Of a stretch of DNA of 64,000 bases, positions 33,341 through 46,800 are shown one piece after another. Position numbers and translations under genes: made by a program. Within the stretch, counting starts at the first letter, position 1; each line of letters begins with the position of its first letter. A model generated the notes under the pieces. It did no database searches. It was not told where the DNA came from and saw nothing but the letters and a program-made list of their open reading frames with translations. The DNA is from Schmidtea polychroa. Lineage: Eukaryota. The stretch is from assembly GCA_044892525.1 (NCBI GenBank), contig CM097885.1, positions 30,630,001 through 30,694,000 of the forward strand, in the 5' to 3' direction.

Positions 33341-34893
33341 GTATCCAATTATATTGTTTGTTGGCTAAATGATACAATCAATTTATTTATTTGTCAATTT
33401 TATTAAAATATTTTAAACAAATTATAAAGCATTTTTTATAAAACTTGTAAAATAAGTAGAAATTATCTAAAATGAAATTTTAAAACTCTTCGTTAATTTT
33501 TGCTTTCATTATACAAGTGATTACGTAATCGAAATTCATTAATTTATGTAAATATTTACAGAATAATTCACGGATAAATCTAGGATTTTTTCCTAGTATA
33601 TTGTGTGTACATCTCAGTGAGTTTGGAAACGAATCGCATACTCAATTTGATTAACTTTGAATTAAAGTTATTTATGACCAAAAATATTAACAAATAATTT
33701 TAACGTGGTTTTTTATTTAATATGAAAACATAATTTTGACCGGCAATACATTAAAAAAATTTTTTTAAATAAACTTTATAGCTCAATTCTAAAAATGTAA
33801 TTATATATGATATTAAGTTAGTATATAAACATAAAAGTTTTATATTAAATTTAAAATGTCAACATTTTATTAATTTTCAAAAATATTAACTATAAAAATT
33901 ACTAAAACTTCGATAAATTTTAAGAAAATATGATTCATTTTATAAATTAATAGATTTACACAGTTTATTATAATTTGAAATATTTTATGTTTAATAAATA
34001 TATATTAAAACAAACCAACTTATTTTATTTAAAATCCTTTTTATAAATTTATTTATAAATTTATTTTTTTTTAAATTTAACTATTTTTAAAATTTAATTT
34101 ATTTATGGTTTCTAGAATATTATAAAAAATGGAAATCTTTTAATTTTCCCATGCACACTTTAAATTAAGATTTAAATAACGATGTCATTTGTGAAAGATT
34201 TATAATGATAAAATCAAATTAATGTTGTAGTGCAATATAAAGTTTGTATAAAAGTATTCCTTATCGATTGGCTTTTTTAATTCAAAATGTTACATTTTCA
34301 AGATCTGTGCACTGTATTCAGCTTGTCCCATTACCTAAATGATAATTGACATGGTATGTGGATATCATTACTAAAATATGATTACCTTCAACTGCGTGCA
34401 AAGGCACTAAACTATCAACTAGTGGAGTGATTTCAAAATTTTGCAATTTGCAAACTATTCCAGTATTTATTGCATATGTAAAAAAACTAAATGCAAAAAT
34501 TTGGACATTTTCTTTGTTTCTTTATTATGTGTTTCCAAAGGATCAATAATATTATTGGGGTTGGTAAGAAAACCAAAAAAAATTATACATAAAAGGAAGG
34601 CATAACAATTATTTGTAAAATCAATAAAAGTGTAGAATTAATTAAAATTAATTAATTACTAATGTTGAGGTCTCACTTTTTAAAACCCCAACTTACTGGT
34701 TCTTATATAATTATTTGAATAAAATTAAGTCTGTTGAACAAAGTTTATTTATAAATAAAATTCACCTTTTAATTACAAAATTTATCTTTTAATCCTTTTC
34801 AAAATTCGCTAATCAACGATGCGTGTTGTATATTGTTAATATGTATGCCGTGCGTGTTATATTATAATTGCAAACTCAATATGTTAGACTTTC

Positions 34894-36040
34894 TGTACTG
34901 TCTTATTTTGAAATCTCGTAGAGATTGCCTCTTCAAGATTCAGGAATAATTCAAGAAATTTTGGGCGAATTTACTAAATTTTGGTGTGGTATATATTGTT
35001 GGGTTTTGGATTATTTCAAGTCGGTTCTCTCTGACTCCTAGTGTTCTTTAACTCAAAACAATGAACGACCCAACGTATATTGAAACAACAGGTTCACAAT
35101 TTATTATCACGCTACAATTACTGATCAAAGTTTTATACGATTCTCCGCTCGGCGTTGATGCTTTGCAAACAAATAATAGTCACCTTTTGTCCTTTAGATT
35201 CTCTCGATTCACGTTTTCCTCGGTTTCTGTTTGGTTTGATTCCTTTTCGCCTTTTCGTATTCTTAATTCTATTTCTTCTTTTCCCTACTTTCCCTAATTC
35301 GTCTACCAGCTTTTCCTACAGTCTAATTCTTCGAACCCTAGCTGAGGCAAAATGCCGATTTTCTCTGATTTTCCCTTTGCTTATATACTCCTCGAAATCA
35401 GGATGACAAATGGTTATTGCCGAGCCAATCTTTCATTTGACATTTGCTCCTACGTATTTGCTTCGGCTGTCACCCATAATGGTCCAACGAATCCAGATAA
35501 TTAATGGCCCTACCGGTCTTCCTACGCGCGCTATCTTCTCCTTACTCTTTTCCCATTAATCATTGTGTCAAGCTAATGGGCCCAAATCTTCCTTTTGTTT
35601 GCCTTTCTTCTTGTTTACCCAGCTCGGGTTTCCTCTATCTCTCGGGTTCTCCATTGGCTCGGGTTTCCCATTAGCCAATTAATTAATTAATTAACGTTTT
35701 CTGTTTTCATACATTTGAATGTTTTTCGACCCTTCCTAACCATTTTCTGACAAATCTCTAACCATCATCTTGTTGACCATTAGCTAATCTATACCTGTCC
35801 CGTTTTTCCCATTCGATTTCGATGATTTTTCCATTTATTGATTTTTCTCGGATTTCCGGATTCTCGCCTTTCGTAATTGCTTTTGGCATTTTCTAATACT
35901 GTTTCCATCACACTTTCCTTTACTATTGATTCTGTGCGCGATCCCACTTTTATTTGTCTTTTTTCTTCGCTTACTTTCTATTTGAATTATTATCCTAAAT
36001 TTTATTTAAATCTTTTACTTTTAATTTACAGACCTCAACA
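34894..36040 (-). mobile_element. Possible solo LTR
   Basis: TG...CA ends (TGTTGAGG at 36040, ..GTACA at 34894), TATA (TATATAAG ~35381-35388) and AATAAA (~35100) on the minus strand; no convincing TSD. Confidence 0.35.
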
Positions 36041-37724
36041 ATATACTATTTTTAAGTGACTGTAAAAATAAATATTTTAATTTCCGGCATATACGCACGG
36101 AATATTATATTATATTTATTATATTTACTTTCTATAATATTAATTAAAAATTATTCTTCCATTATTTGCCTTGCGTGTTTATAAAAAGAATTTAATTAAA
36201 ACTCTATTTGTTAATTTGGGTGCTTATATTTAATTACAGATTTATATTTTCCTAAGAAAATTAAAACTATAAAATTTATATTAATTTATATATAATAATT
36301 TATATTAATTTATTTATTAAAATATTTCCCCTTGTATTTATATATTAAATGTATTATCACATATATACACCGATTAAAAGGAATAAAATTAAAATAAAAT
36401 ATAACATAGTGTATCCATAATAAAATATTTACAATCATTCAGGATCATAGTGAATAGTCAATAATAATATAAATGAATGTCATACACGGTTGTTATTTCG
36501 ATCACAAAGGATAATTATTGTTTTTTGAATGGTATTGGATTGGAATGAACTGTTGGGGAATTGGATTGATAGGTATGGTGAAGCTTTAAAGATATGGAGA
36601 AGTTTTGTCGAATTCCACTCTTCGGCGAACACATTAACCCTATATTTGTTTGGCCCCGTTCTGTAATACTTATCTAGGGTAAATGTAGTGATGGGCCTGC
36701 CCTCATCATCTAACACTAAAAATCAAAATCAGCGCCAAATTGATTGGCGAGTTCAGAAATTATATTGAAAATGTAATGAAAGGTTCACAGAGAAAGTTAA
36801 TGTAAATAAAAACAAATAAGAAACGAAACATAATACAATAATTATTAAATTAAAAAATATTAAAAATATCAAAATAGACAATTATCGATTAAAACAAAAA
36901 ATTAATAATATCTAAATAAACTGGCTGGAACCAAGAATTTGTTTTAATGAATCATAAATACATAACATAAAAACCGCACCAAGTTGAATTAAAATCCATG
37001 GTCATACACCAAATAATACAAAATAAAATACATAATACATTTAGGATAAATAAAAAACGTATAATAAAATAAAGGGACGCAAGTAGTTGCAATCACCAAC
37101 ACAATTAGGAGAAATATCGCATTCAAAAAATTTACCAACTAGAAAATAAAATAATAATAACTAAAATAATCGGTAATAAATAAATTAATAATATGAAAAT
37201 GTTTTAAATAAATAAATTTAAAATTGAAACTAAAATATCCAGTAAACTGATAAAATGATAAAAGAGTAAAATAGAAGTAGTAAAATTATGTAAATTATAA
37301 AATTTATAAAACTAAATTGTTTAAATCAATGAAAACTAAAATAAAACTAAAATAATTTAAATTATAAAATTTATAAAACTAAAATAAAACTAAAATTATT
37401 TAAATTATAAAATTTATAAAATTAAATTGTTTAAATCAATGAAAACTAAAATAAAACTAAAATTATTTAAATTATAAATAACGATGTCATTTGTGAAAGA
37501 TTTATAATGATAAAATCAAATTAATGTTGTAGAGCAATATAAAGTTTATATAAAAGTATTAATTTTTTTTTAATTCAAATATAAAATTTAGTATAAAATT
37601 TATAAAACTAAATAGTAAAAATTAATAAAAATTAAAAATATTTTTGATTAATTAAACTAATTAAATTAAAAATAATAATTACACACACTCATGCATGTAT
37701 GCAGAAGTAAATCAAAATTTCTCG

Positions 37725-37800
37725 CATTCTGATTGGATCTAGTGGCAGAGAATGCATGCACAGTCAAAATCAGTATAAATACTGATTGAAAATTCAGTTA
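37725..37800 (+). promoter_or_regulatory. Pol II core-promoter-like arrangement
   Basis: ATTGG (reverse CCAAT) ~37732, TATAAATA 37774-37781, Inr-like TCAGTT 37794-37799; the TATA-Inr spacing is shorter than canonical. Confidence 0.35.
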
Positions 37801-38633
37801 AACAACTAGTTTTAACTGGAAATCAACTTATCATTGTGTAAACAATTCTAGGCGCTCTCAGTTTTCGGTTCATGCCATCGCGGTTGGTTAAATTGGATTT
37901 TGGTAATTTTATGTAAATCGGATTTTATATATGACATAAATTAATGTAATGTTTTAATGATTTAATAAAACTTTAAATTTAATTTAGTTGAGTTATTTTT
38001 GTTGTGTTTTGTCAATCGTTTTATTGTTTATTTCGTTTTTGAAGTTTCAGTAATATTTATAATTTATATGAATGTTATGTAATTCGATTTTATGAATATT
38101 TTTCTGATTTATGCTTTGATTCCCCCAGATTGAACAAATGGCACTCGTGCTGTTGGCCAACAGATGTTTTGCCAATTTGACGCATCGTTTTATAGGATAT
38201 AGTTATGGGGCCGAAGAAAAATATAGAGTCATTTTGGACAGTTTGGAGCCTTGTTTTAAATCTACTCCGTCACAATTATGTTTATGAATACGAGTGAGTT
38301 AGGAATAGTGATAGAGTAACTAAGATCGGTTGTCAGTAGATAAAGTTCAGTTTGGGTAAGCTTATAGAATCTGCGAATGGTTAGGATGTCAAATAGGTCA
38401 AAAGTAGAAATACATGCAGATCCCTGCTCAAATTTTTGGGAAAGATAAGTTAAACTTTCATAAATAGGACGGAAAATACATTTATTATTTCTGGTAACAT
38501 TTATTAACAGAAAAATAAGTGCATATCCCTGCACAAAATCTTTGAAAAGAACAATGGAAAACATCTAGAAACGAGGACCATAGTTAAATGAAGCCATGCC
38601 AATGATCCAACAATAGAAATAGACAATGAATAA

Positions 38634-38880
38634 TGACGTAAGACCTTCTATCGGCAGTCAAGAACCCCTAAGGAAAATACAATGAGGAGTAGTTTTAGCA
38701 ATAGAGCTCACCTGCTCATTTATTTTCAACCATTGTGTACAGTACCAACATGGTCGTCGACATGGGTACACAGATGGTCTAAAGTACAATAGTTATGAAG
38801 GCGTTTAGGAAGGAGTCGATTTAACATCTAAAATTACCCCTAACACATTTAAAAATAAAATGACACGCTCCTAAGCAACT
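38634..38880 (+). ncRNA. Structured leader, copy B, followed by a decayed K/E-rich ORF (5' part of a related element)
   Basis: TGAC-GTAAGACC-TTCTATC-GGC-A-GTCA; GAAAATA..GAGTAG..CTCACC..TATTTTC; TGTGTAC..ACCAAC..GTACACA; GCGTTTAGGA..TCCTAAGC. Confidence 0.6.
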
Positions 38881-39605
38881 AACACAATAAAATATAATAA
38901 TATCAAACAAAGGAGCACTAAAGAGGTCAAACAAATAAATGGATGAAGGAGAAAACATATGAAGGGAAAATGAGTAAATTGGGGGAAATGAAAAAAAAAG
39001 CTGAAAAAGAAATTCAAGAAAAAAGACATAAGACAAGAGAAATTGTCGAAAAGACGAAGTAAATTACCCTAAAGGAACTTAAGGAAATCAAAGTTGAAAT
39101 TACATAAATTATATTGAAAAAACGCATGTCTAAATATAGACAGACGGAAAATAGAAAAAAAAATTCATAATTTAAAAGTATAGGCGCTGATTCAAAAAGC
39201 ACCTACACTCATTGAGTAAGATCATGAATAAGCCGATATGAAAAAAATAATAAAAGTGCTCGGCAGGAGGCTGTGCACAGCAGACCAATACCAACAAAAG
39301 AGAACAGCCGCCGAAACTAGTCCTAAACCCAATAAATTAGAACAATCAACTCATCGCAGTTCGAGATACAGGAAGAAAGGAGCCTATAGAGAAATCAAAA
39401 TTAAAGAAAACATTTGCCAAAAGTAAGGTTCCACATGAAATTGATCTTTTGCTAAAATGTTTTATTTAATATTGTCATTTTTGGTCATTTTTGGCGTGAC
39501 ATAATTATGCAATGACCCCTATAACATTTTATTTATTTTTATTAATTCTTTTAATAATAAACAAAACTTTATAAAATAACAAAATTTTAAAAAAATTAAT
39601 CTGCA

Positions 39606-40371
39606 TTATTTTTTCATTAGAAATAAAATAGCTTCAATAATATCCGGTGTCATTGATGCTCTCAAATCGTATCTGATGATTCTGAATGCTGAAAATAACC
39701 GTTTTACTAAGATTTGTGTCGGCGGCAATGCCGTCGCGGTCAGAACAGCCTCTTGAATAATCTCAGTGTATCTATGAATTACATCGTTTACTGCTAAATT
39801 TGAATACGTTGTTCATCTTGCAAACCTATACCTTTGATTCAAATGGCTAATTCATACAAAGAATCTTTAGCTCTAATTTAATTAGCTCTCCGGTAAGTAA
39901 CACTCGGACCATAAGATGAATGTAGATACCCGCTAGTAAGATGTCATTGTCTAGGAGGGTACTTTTTCTGCGTATCATTGAATATTTTATTCCATCAGCT
40001 ATTTTACAATTAGATTTAGAAAACGGAAAATAAGATGTTACGGTTGGGTTAACCATGTCAGTAAGAAAAGATTTTAATTCAATGATACGCTCAAATGAAT
40101 TGTGAAATCTACTTATTGATCTAGTAATTGGTAAAATATTGCATCGCCAATTTCGAAGAATTTTTTTTTACAAATTTTTGAAAAATTCTTTGAATCCTTT
40201 AAAAAATTTTACGCGATAATTAAAAAAATTTTTTTTGTCAAATATATGAAAAATTCATTAAATTTAAAATATTTTGTACATGCAAGTGCAATACCGAGAA
40301 GTTGGAGTCGCGATTTTGTTTAGCGACTCCGACTACGCTACAATTGTCGCGACTCCAACTCCACAGCCCTG
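39606..40371 (-). mobile_element. Internally deleted hAT element
   Basis: Terminus CAGGGCTGTGGAGTTGGAGTCG at 40371 with GGAGTCG subterminal repeats; hAT dimerization-domain remnant ALPPTQILVKRLFSAFRIIRYDLRASMTPDIIEAILFL* (39730-39606). Confidence 0.8.
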
Positions 40372-40806
40372 ATAACCACATCGCAGAAAATTGAAAATGA
40401 TGCGTGGAATGCGGAACAACGGTAAGTCAAGAGCTGCAACTGATCTTCCGAAACTATAGTCGAAGGACGGGCTTAACACGTTGACGGGCACTTGCGTCCA
40501 TAACCGTCAACGCTAAGTCCACAATGTAACATGACTACAATAGCAGTCGAAAATGAAAAGGTCATTATGGCACCCTGTAAATACTTTGTGTTAGGATTCG
40601 TTTTAATTTTAGACATTAACAAATTTAAAGTCGTGAATAATTATATATTATTTAAACAAAGTATTTTCTTAATTAATTTTTGGGGAATTAATTCAAATCC
40701 AAATAATATTTCGAACAATTTCAACATTCAATTTCAACATACCACAACATTCAAATAATAAAATATAAATGCTATAAATATGAATAGTTTAACAAATTAT
40801 CATGAA

Positions 40807-40880
40807 AGCGTTTAGGAAAGAGTCGATTTAAAATCCATCTGTAACCCTAAAATATTTAAATGACACACCTCCTAAGCGCT
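40807..40880 (+). ncRNA. Structured leader, copy D (fourth hairpin only)
   Basis: AGCGTTTAGGA..GTCGATTTAAA...TTTAAATGAC..TCCTAAGCGCT is homologous to 38800-38880. Confidence 0.55.
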
Positions 40881-41334
40881 AACAGTCCAATAGAAGTTAT
40901 CTCCTTGAGAAAATATTTAAATATAATTCTACTAGTTAAACGTTAAATTTAATATAGTTTGTAAAACATCTCGCGACCTAAAATAAACAATTACAATCTT
41001 TTTTCAACATAATATCAGACAATTTGATGAAAATTCTAATTTATTCTCTTGAAGTTTTCGACAATTTCTTTAGCAAAGGTTTTTATGATAAAGGTTCGAC
41101 TACTAAGAGATGGAGCACATAGGGAAATGATGAAGGGACAATGTAAACCGAGGCAAGACATCTTCTACGGTAGCCAGTGAACGTTGCGACTCGTCTTGTC
41201 ATTAGCAGTTTTCATTGTAAAGCTCACATTTTTGCCGAGAGTCGCCCGCTGTGCTCTAAATAATATCATTGTAAAATGTTTAAATTAAAATTTTTACTTT
41301 AAAAATAAACATAGTGTAACATTTTTTTGTTTAA

Positions 41335-41405
41335 CACATTGGCTGCCAACTACGAGACAAGTCGTAGTTAACATATCAGAATTGATCAACATGGCAGTCA
41401 ACGTG
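41335..41405. mobile_element. 71-bp piggyBac-type mini element
   Basis: TTAA-CACATTGGCTGCCA ... TGGCAGTCAACGTG-TTAA; a related terminus TTAA-CACGTTGAC lies at 40473. Confidence 0.65.
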
Positions 41406-43828
41406 TTAAGTAGAATCCGCGCTACAACCAAGATGGATTAGTCAATAACCTTGTGGATCACTATGGTGAGAAAACCATAGTGGGTCACTAATTTGAGGTT
41501 GCAGTAAACATCATTTAGTTGTTTATTTTCACTTTATAAAGTGATAAAGTCATAGTCCCTTCAATTAATTTTTGTAAGTAGGACAAACGAAGGATTAAGA
41601 AAAGTAAATGGATCAATTAGGGTAAAATCAGGATCATATTATTGAAGGTGATTATTGTATTAAAGTTCAAGGAATCCAACAACCAAAATGGAACTTGTAG
41701 AGTAGTCATAATGTGCATTATTTCATTCTTTTATTTCAGGAGCGCGGTTACTATTTTATTATTTCTTTTGTTATTCGAACCCTTATCATTTATTATCAAC
41801 CCAAACCTCATTGTTAATGATATAAAAAGTTTGTTTAATATCATTTAACTTCAATTGTGCTTCATTTATCGTATTTTTGAAATATAATCTGATATTGTTG
41901 AAAAATATTTTGAAAAATTAAAATAATTTTACAAATGAAATTTTTTAATTATTTTTAAAAAAATGTGTAAAGTTTAAGAAAAAAATGAATTTTATTTTAT
42001 ATTTTATAACGAAAATTTTCATATTTTACTATTATAATTATTATTATTACTAATATTTATTAAAAAGAGCTTGAATACTATAAATCAGTAATATATCGAT
42101 GTTTTTGATATTCACAATAAATACAATGGAAAAAGTTCAGTGAAATTGGAAAAATTACTATTATTATTTCTTTCTTATTAATAATTTCGTAGTATTTTTG
42201 GCCGTGCAGGTACATCCATTGGCCAGGTCTTCTTTAATCTGGAGGCCTAAGCTGTTTACTGGTGATAAATCGACAACACTTCGAATGTGATTTAACAATC
42301 GTAGTGTTTATTTAATATAATTAGAGGTTTGATTTGAGTCATTTAATTATATAAATCTGATTTCTATAACTTCTAGAAGCAATCACTTAACTGATTTCAT
42401 CATCGTCATCTGGATACTTGATAACATTGCGAAGTTATTATTTTAAGGTCACTCGTTTGTTCAAAGAAGTCGAAATTCGAGTGAGTTTTTTCTTTTCTGA
42501 CACCATTGTCATAAATAAGAATTTGAATTAATAAGTTTATTTATAACATTTTGTTCTATCTGTAATTTTTTCGATTTGTTCCAAAGTTTCAGTTTCTTCA
42601 ACTTCATTAACTTGTATGGCTTTAGCAATTTGTTCGACTTCAGCTTCAACTTCAGAATCTTTGTAATGCATGTTTGAATTGAATTCTGCAACTAGTTTGA
42701 CATTTTCTTTTTTTTTGAAAATAGGAAAAAATGAAGTATATTATTATGGTAAGATGTGGTATTATGTAATATACAGTGTTATATATAGTGTAATATATTA
42801 GTGTTATATATTGACTGTATTATGTTTGTGTTGATGAGTGCGTGTGTCTGTTAGGAAATTTTATAAACCCGACAGAGTCTCCGTTAAAAAACGTGGCGAG
42901 ACAATCGGGGTGCATGTGTATCTGCGTGCTTAACAACCACAAATAAAAATGAATAATAACCAAACAATAACAACTTTTATTTAAATAATAAGAATTTAAA
43001 GCAACCTTTGTTATTTTCTTGGTAGTTTATTCTCGCTTTTCTTATCAAGTAGATTTGTGGATCGTCGTAGAACAATTTAGGACAGAGGATCACAGTCGAA
43101 ATCGATTTTGATATAAGTGAAGAATCTGGATGATTTATCTTTTAAAGCGTTTATGTCCTTTCACTAATATTTCAGTTTTCTATTAAATTATATTTAGAAG
43201 TTGGAAGATTCAATTTATAAATCGTATATTTTCTCCTGATAATTTTTAGTTGTTCTTTAAATTATATTCGGGAATAGAACTGTTCGGCCTTTCAATCGTT
43301 TGTTTCTTTTGAATAATCTTCAGCTATTCCTTAAAATTATATTTAGGAATTGATCTGTTTAACTTTTGGATCGTTCACTTTCTTCTATTAATTTTTCTTA
43401 TTCTTCGAAATTACTCTTTTCTACTTTAATTTAATTTTTTTATTGATTTTTTTCTTTTTTTTCGATATTTTTTTTTACCATAGTAAATTATCGCTATATA
43501 GTATTTTTTATTTGTTTGCCATTGCGGCCTACCCTCGATAAAATGACAAGGCGTCGCAAAACCTTGTTTAAAAATAAATAAAATATATAACAGTACATTA
43601 CATATATAAAATTATTTAAACAAAAATCTACTTATATACTTAATTTTAATTTAATTTAAAATATAAATATTTATAAATTCTATTGGTACTTCTTTTACAA
43701 CCAATAATTTTTACGATAAAAGTGTGACCAGCCCAATTATTTACTTGCCCCTGATACAGCTGACCAAAATTGCATAAGAATGCAAATATTAAAAATAGAA
43801 TATATTTCGAAATAAAAATATATAGATA

Positions 43829-46800
43829 TCAGCAGCTTTTTTCATCTAATCCCATACAACTGACCGTAGATTTTGAAATTCCTGGACAAGTTTTCCCGTC
43901 GCGTGAAGGAGATGGATTACTACACGCTCTTGTTCTAATTCTTACTCCCCTTTCTCCAAGACAGTCGGTAGAACAAGATCCATAATATCCCCATTCTTGC
44001 CATTCTCCATCCACTAAATGGCACATCAGATGTTAGTTTTTTCAGTCAAAACATACCAGCTCTAGCAAAGGATGAAATTGGTTCTGTAAAAACTGATTTG
44101 GTATCATTAATATTTACAGATTGTAAACGAATAGAAATGGTGTGAAAATGTTCAGCTGCCAAGTATTCTGAGTAATTGAAATGAATTGCATAGTTTCGAA
44201 TGGCAATGTTATTGTGATGAACAATAGTTCGATGAATTGTTGTTCTTATCTCCTTTCCATTATAACTCATCATTGTACTATAAATGCAAACATTTTGAGC
44301 TATTTCACCATATGGAACAACGGACCAAGAAACTTTGAAGGTGCCATTTCCATAACTAATTAATTCATTATTTATAGGTGGCTGTATTTTTGTTGGGCAT
44401 CCAACATATGACCAGCAGTCTATCAGTTTGGTATCACTTCCGGTACAGTTTGGTTGTGAACATTTTCGAATAGCTGCTTGGTGTCCAGGACCACAAGGAG
44501 ATTTTCCTCTTAATGTGCATGGCTCATATATAGTCCATTCACTCCAATGAGAATCTAATATTTTGCATGATAATCTTCATTAAATTAAAAATAAATAAAT
44601 GAAAATATAAATGTGTTTTTTTCGGGAGAGAAGTCATGATTTTTTTACCACTAATGTTCCTCTTGAACTTTTCAGAACCCTATAATCATGCAAAGCTTCC
44701 TCTAGATTGCAAATGCTTTAACGCAAGAGGTTTGGAAAATACTATTAAATTGAAATTTTTTTAAATATTCCCAAACTTTAATGTTGGTTTTCCCATTTTA
44801 TTCTTCACCAACATTCCTATGCTATGTTGAGATTGTATAAATTAGAAAGAGATAAAAGTTAAATGCACGAGTGTACCAAGAAATCAAAAACCAATATTGA
44901 ACAAAATTCAGAAAAATTAATTTAAAATAGAAAAATCAATATTTCTATGACGAAAACATGTATTAGAAGGTAGCAAATGAAAAGATAAACTCAGATATAA
45001 TAATTTTAAATCGATGAGAGGTTCCTAACCAATGTTGTATAAAAAATGCTTACTAATAAATTAATTATTTGAAATACACTAATCAATTTATTTGGTAAAC
45101 AAAATCCCCGGACTTGACAGGCTGTCATTTCAAGATTTTTGTGAACTAGTAATTTAATTAAAAGCGAAATTCATGAAGATAGCTTCTATATAAGGAGCAA
45201 AAAGTTTAGACAAATTGCCACGTGGGTCGGGAAAATCTTTTCCAAAGATTGTGTTGAAGGCGGGAATATTTTGGTTTTATTATTGTGTTAGATCAGATTC
45301 GTATTTATTGTGTTTTCTTATTTAATTTATTACTTATTTCCCATTTTTATATCATGGCTTCGAATCAGCAACATCCGCGTATTCTGAGTGGCAGATGCCG
45401 GCAACGCATGATTAGAACAACAACAATCAGGAAGCAATTATTAACTTTAATAGAGTTGTAGTGTTAATTGTGAGCATTGTTTTTCAGACAACTTAATACT
45501 TGGAATCATTGTGTTAACTAATAAAAACCTATTGCTTTGATTAAGGACACTTTGAGTCAAAAATATTAGAAACTATTTGTTAGCCCCATAACTAAATATC
45601 GGGAGGCTAAGGTCGTGGTTAATTTGAAGGTGTTGAATGATAATTATTGATAATATTAATTCTACACAGTTTGTCGATGAAATAATCTCCTAGCAAAAGA
45701 AAGACAACAAAATATGAATACCATTAAGACTAATTAAATAGTATGAATACTTGGATGGATTCTTGGACTCTACTTTAAGACTACTTCGAGACTACTACTG
45801 CTACTAGATTTTCCAGTTAATGAGAATGTCTTTTACTTTTTGTAAAACCTTTCTCAAAGAAAAGATTTTTTAATACCTTGATTTTAAACGTATGAAAACT
45901 ACTAAGCTTTTTATTATTTTTACACAACTTATTTAACTAAAAGTATTTTCAATGCACACCGGAACCCGCGTGAAAAGAAAAAACAATCTTACGAAACATG
46001 AGATTATACGTTTGAAACGTTTTATTAAGCTGGAAATGAGCACAAATAAGATTTCCTGTAACTTGAATATATTTATTTTTATAGCGAAAAGAAAGTCAAA
46101 ATAATATTCATAGTGAAATGTAGTGATTTATGAGACCTAATAGCATTTATAACGAAAAGACTATCATTTCAAGCATTTTATTATTGACCAAACTTATGAA
46201 AGTTAAAAAACCCACCTAGCTGCACCTAAATCTAAAATTGGTAAGATAAAGGAAAAAATAAATTATAAGAAAACAAGGCTGTTGTTTCAGATGAAAAAAA
46301 AAATGGTGCTCGTGTTTGGATGAGAAAATTTTCTTTTCAAGAAATGTCTCTATCATAAATGATGATGATCTCAATTATCTTGATGAAACTGACTTTTATT
46401 TCCATTCTTGTAGTAATTATGGAAATTCACTAAAAAGACTAAAACCTTTAGAGCCGCGCTTGTAAAAATGAAAGTGTGTAAGTTTCATTTGCGCAAATCG
46501 AAGTGTTGTATAAAATAGTTTATAAAAATTTACATCAGTGGAAAATTTGTCTTTTATTTGTTCATGTGCAGTGCGAGATTTCTTAAATAATAGAATGTCA
46601 TTCCATCGTTTGGTATTTCAGATTGGAATCCGCATCCTTGCCTCTATAAGCCTTCAATTAAATCCTTTCGATGAATGTTCATATATTATAAAGTCCGAAA
46701 GCTACATCAAGTAATACTTTAAAATAATTTTTAAGTAATATTTTTACTACAAACAAACTTTAAAATATAGAATTCTTTTGTGTCACAAGATAAAACAGGG

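Noticed and set aside
40842..40850. TAACCCTAA in a hairpin loop as a telomerase RNA template
   Set aside because: The homologous loop in copy B differs (TTACCCCTAAC), the context is a repeat, and no pseudoknot or H/ACA features are visible
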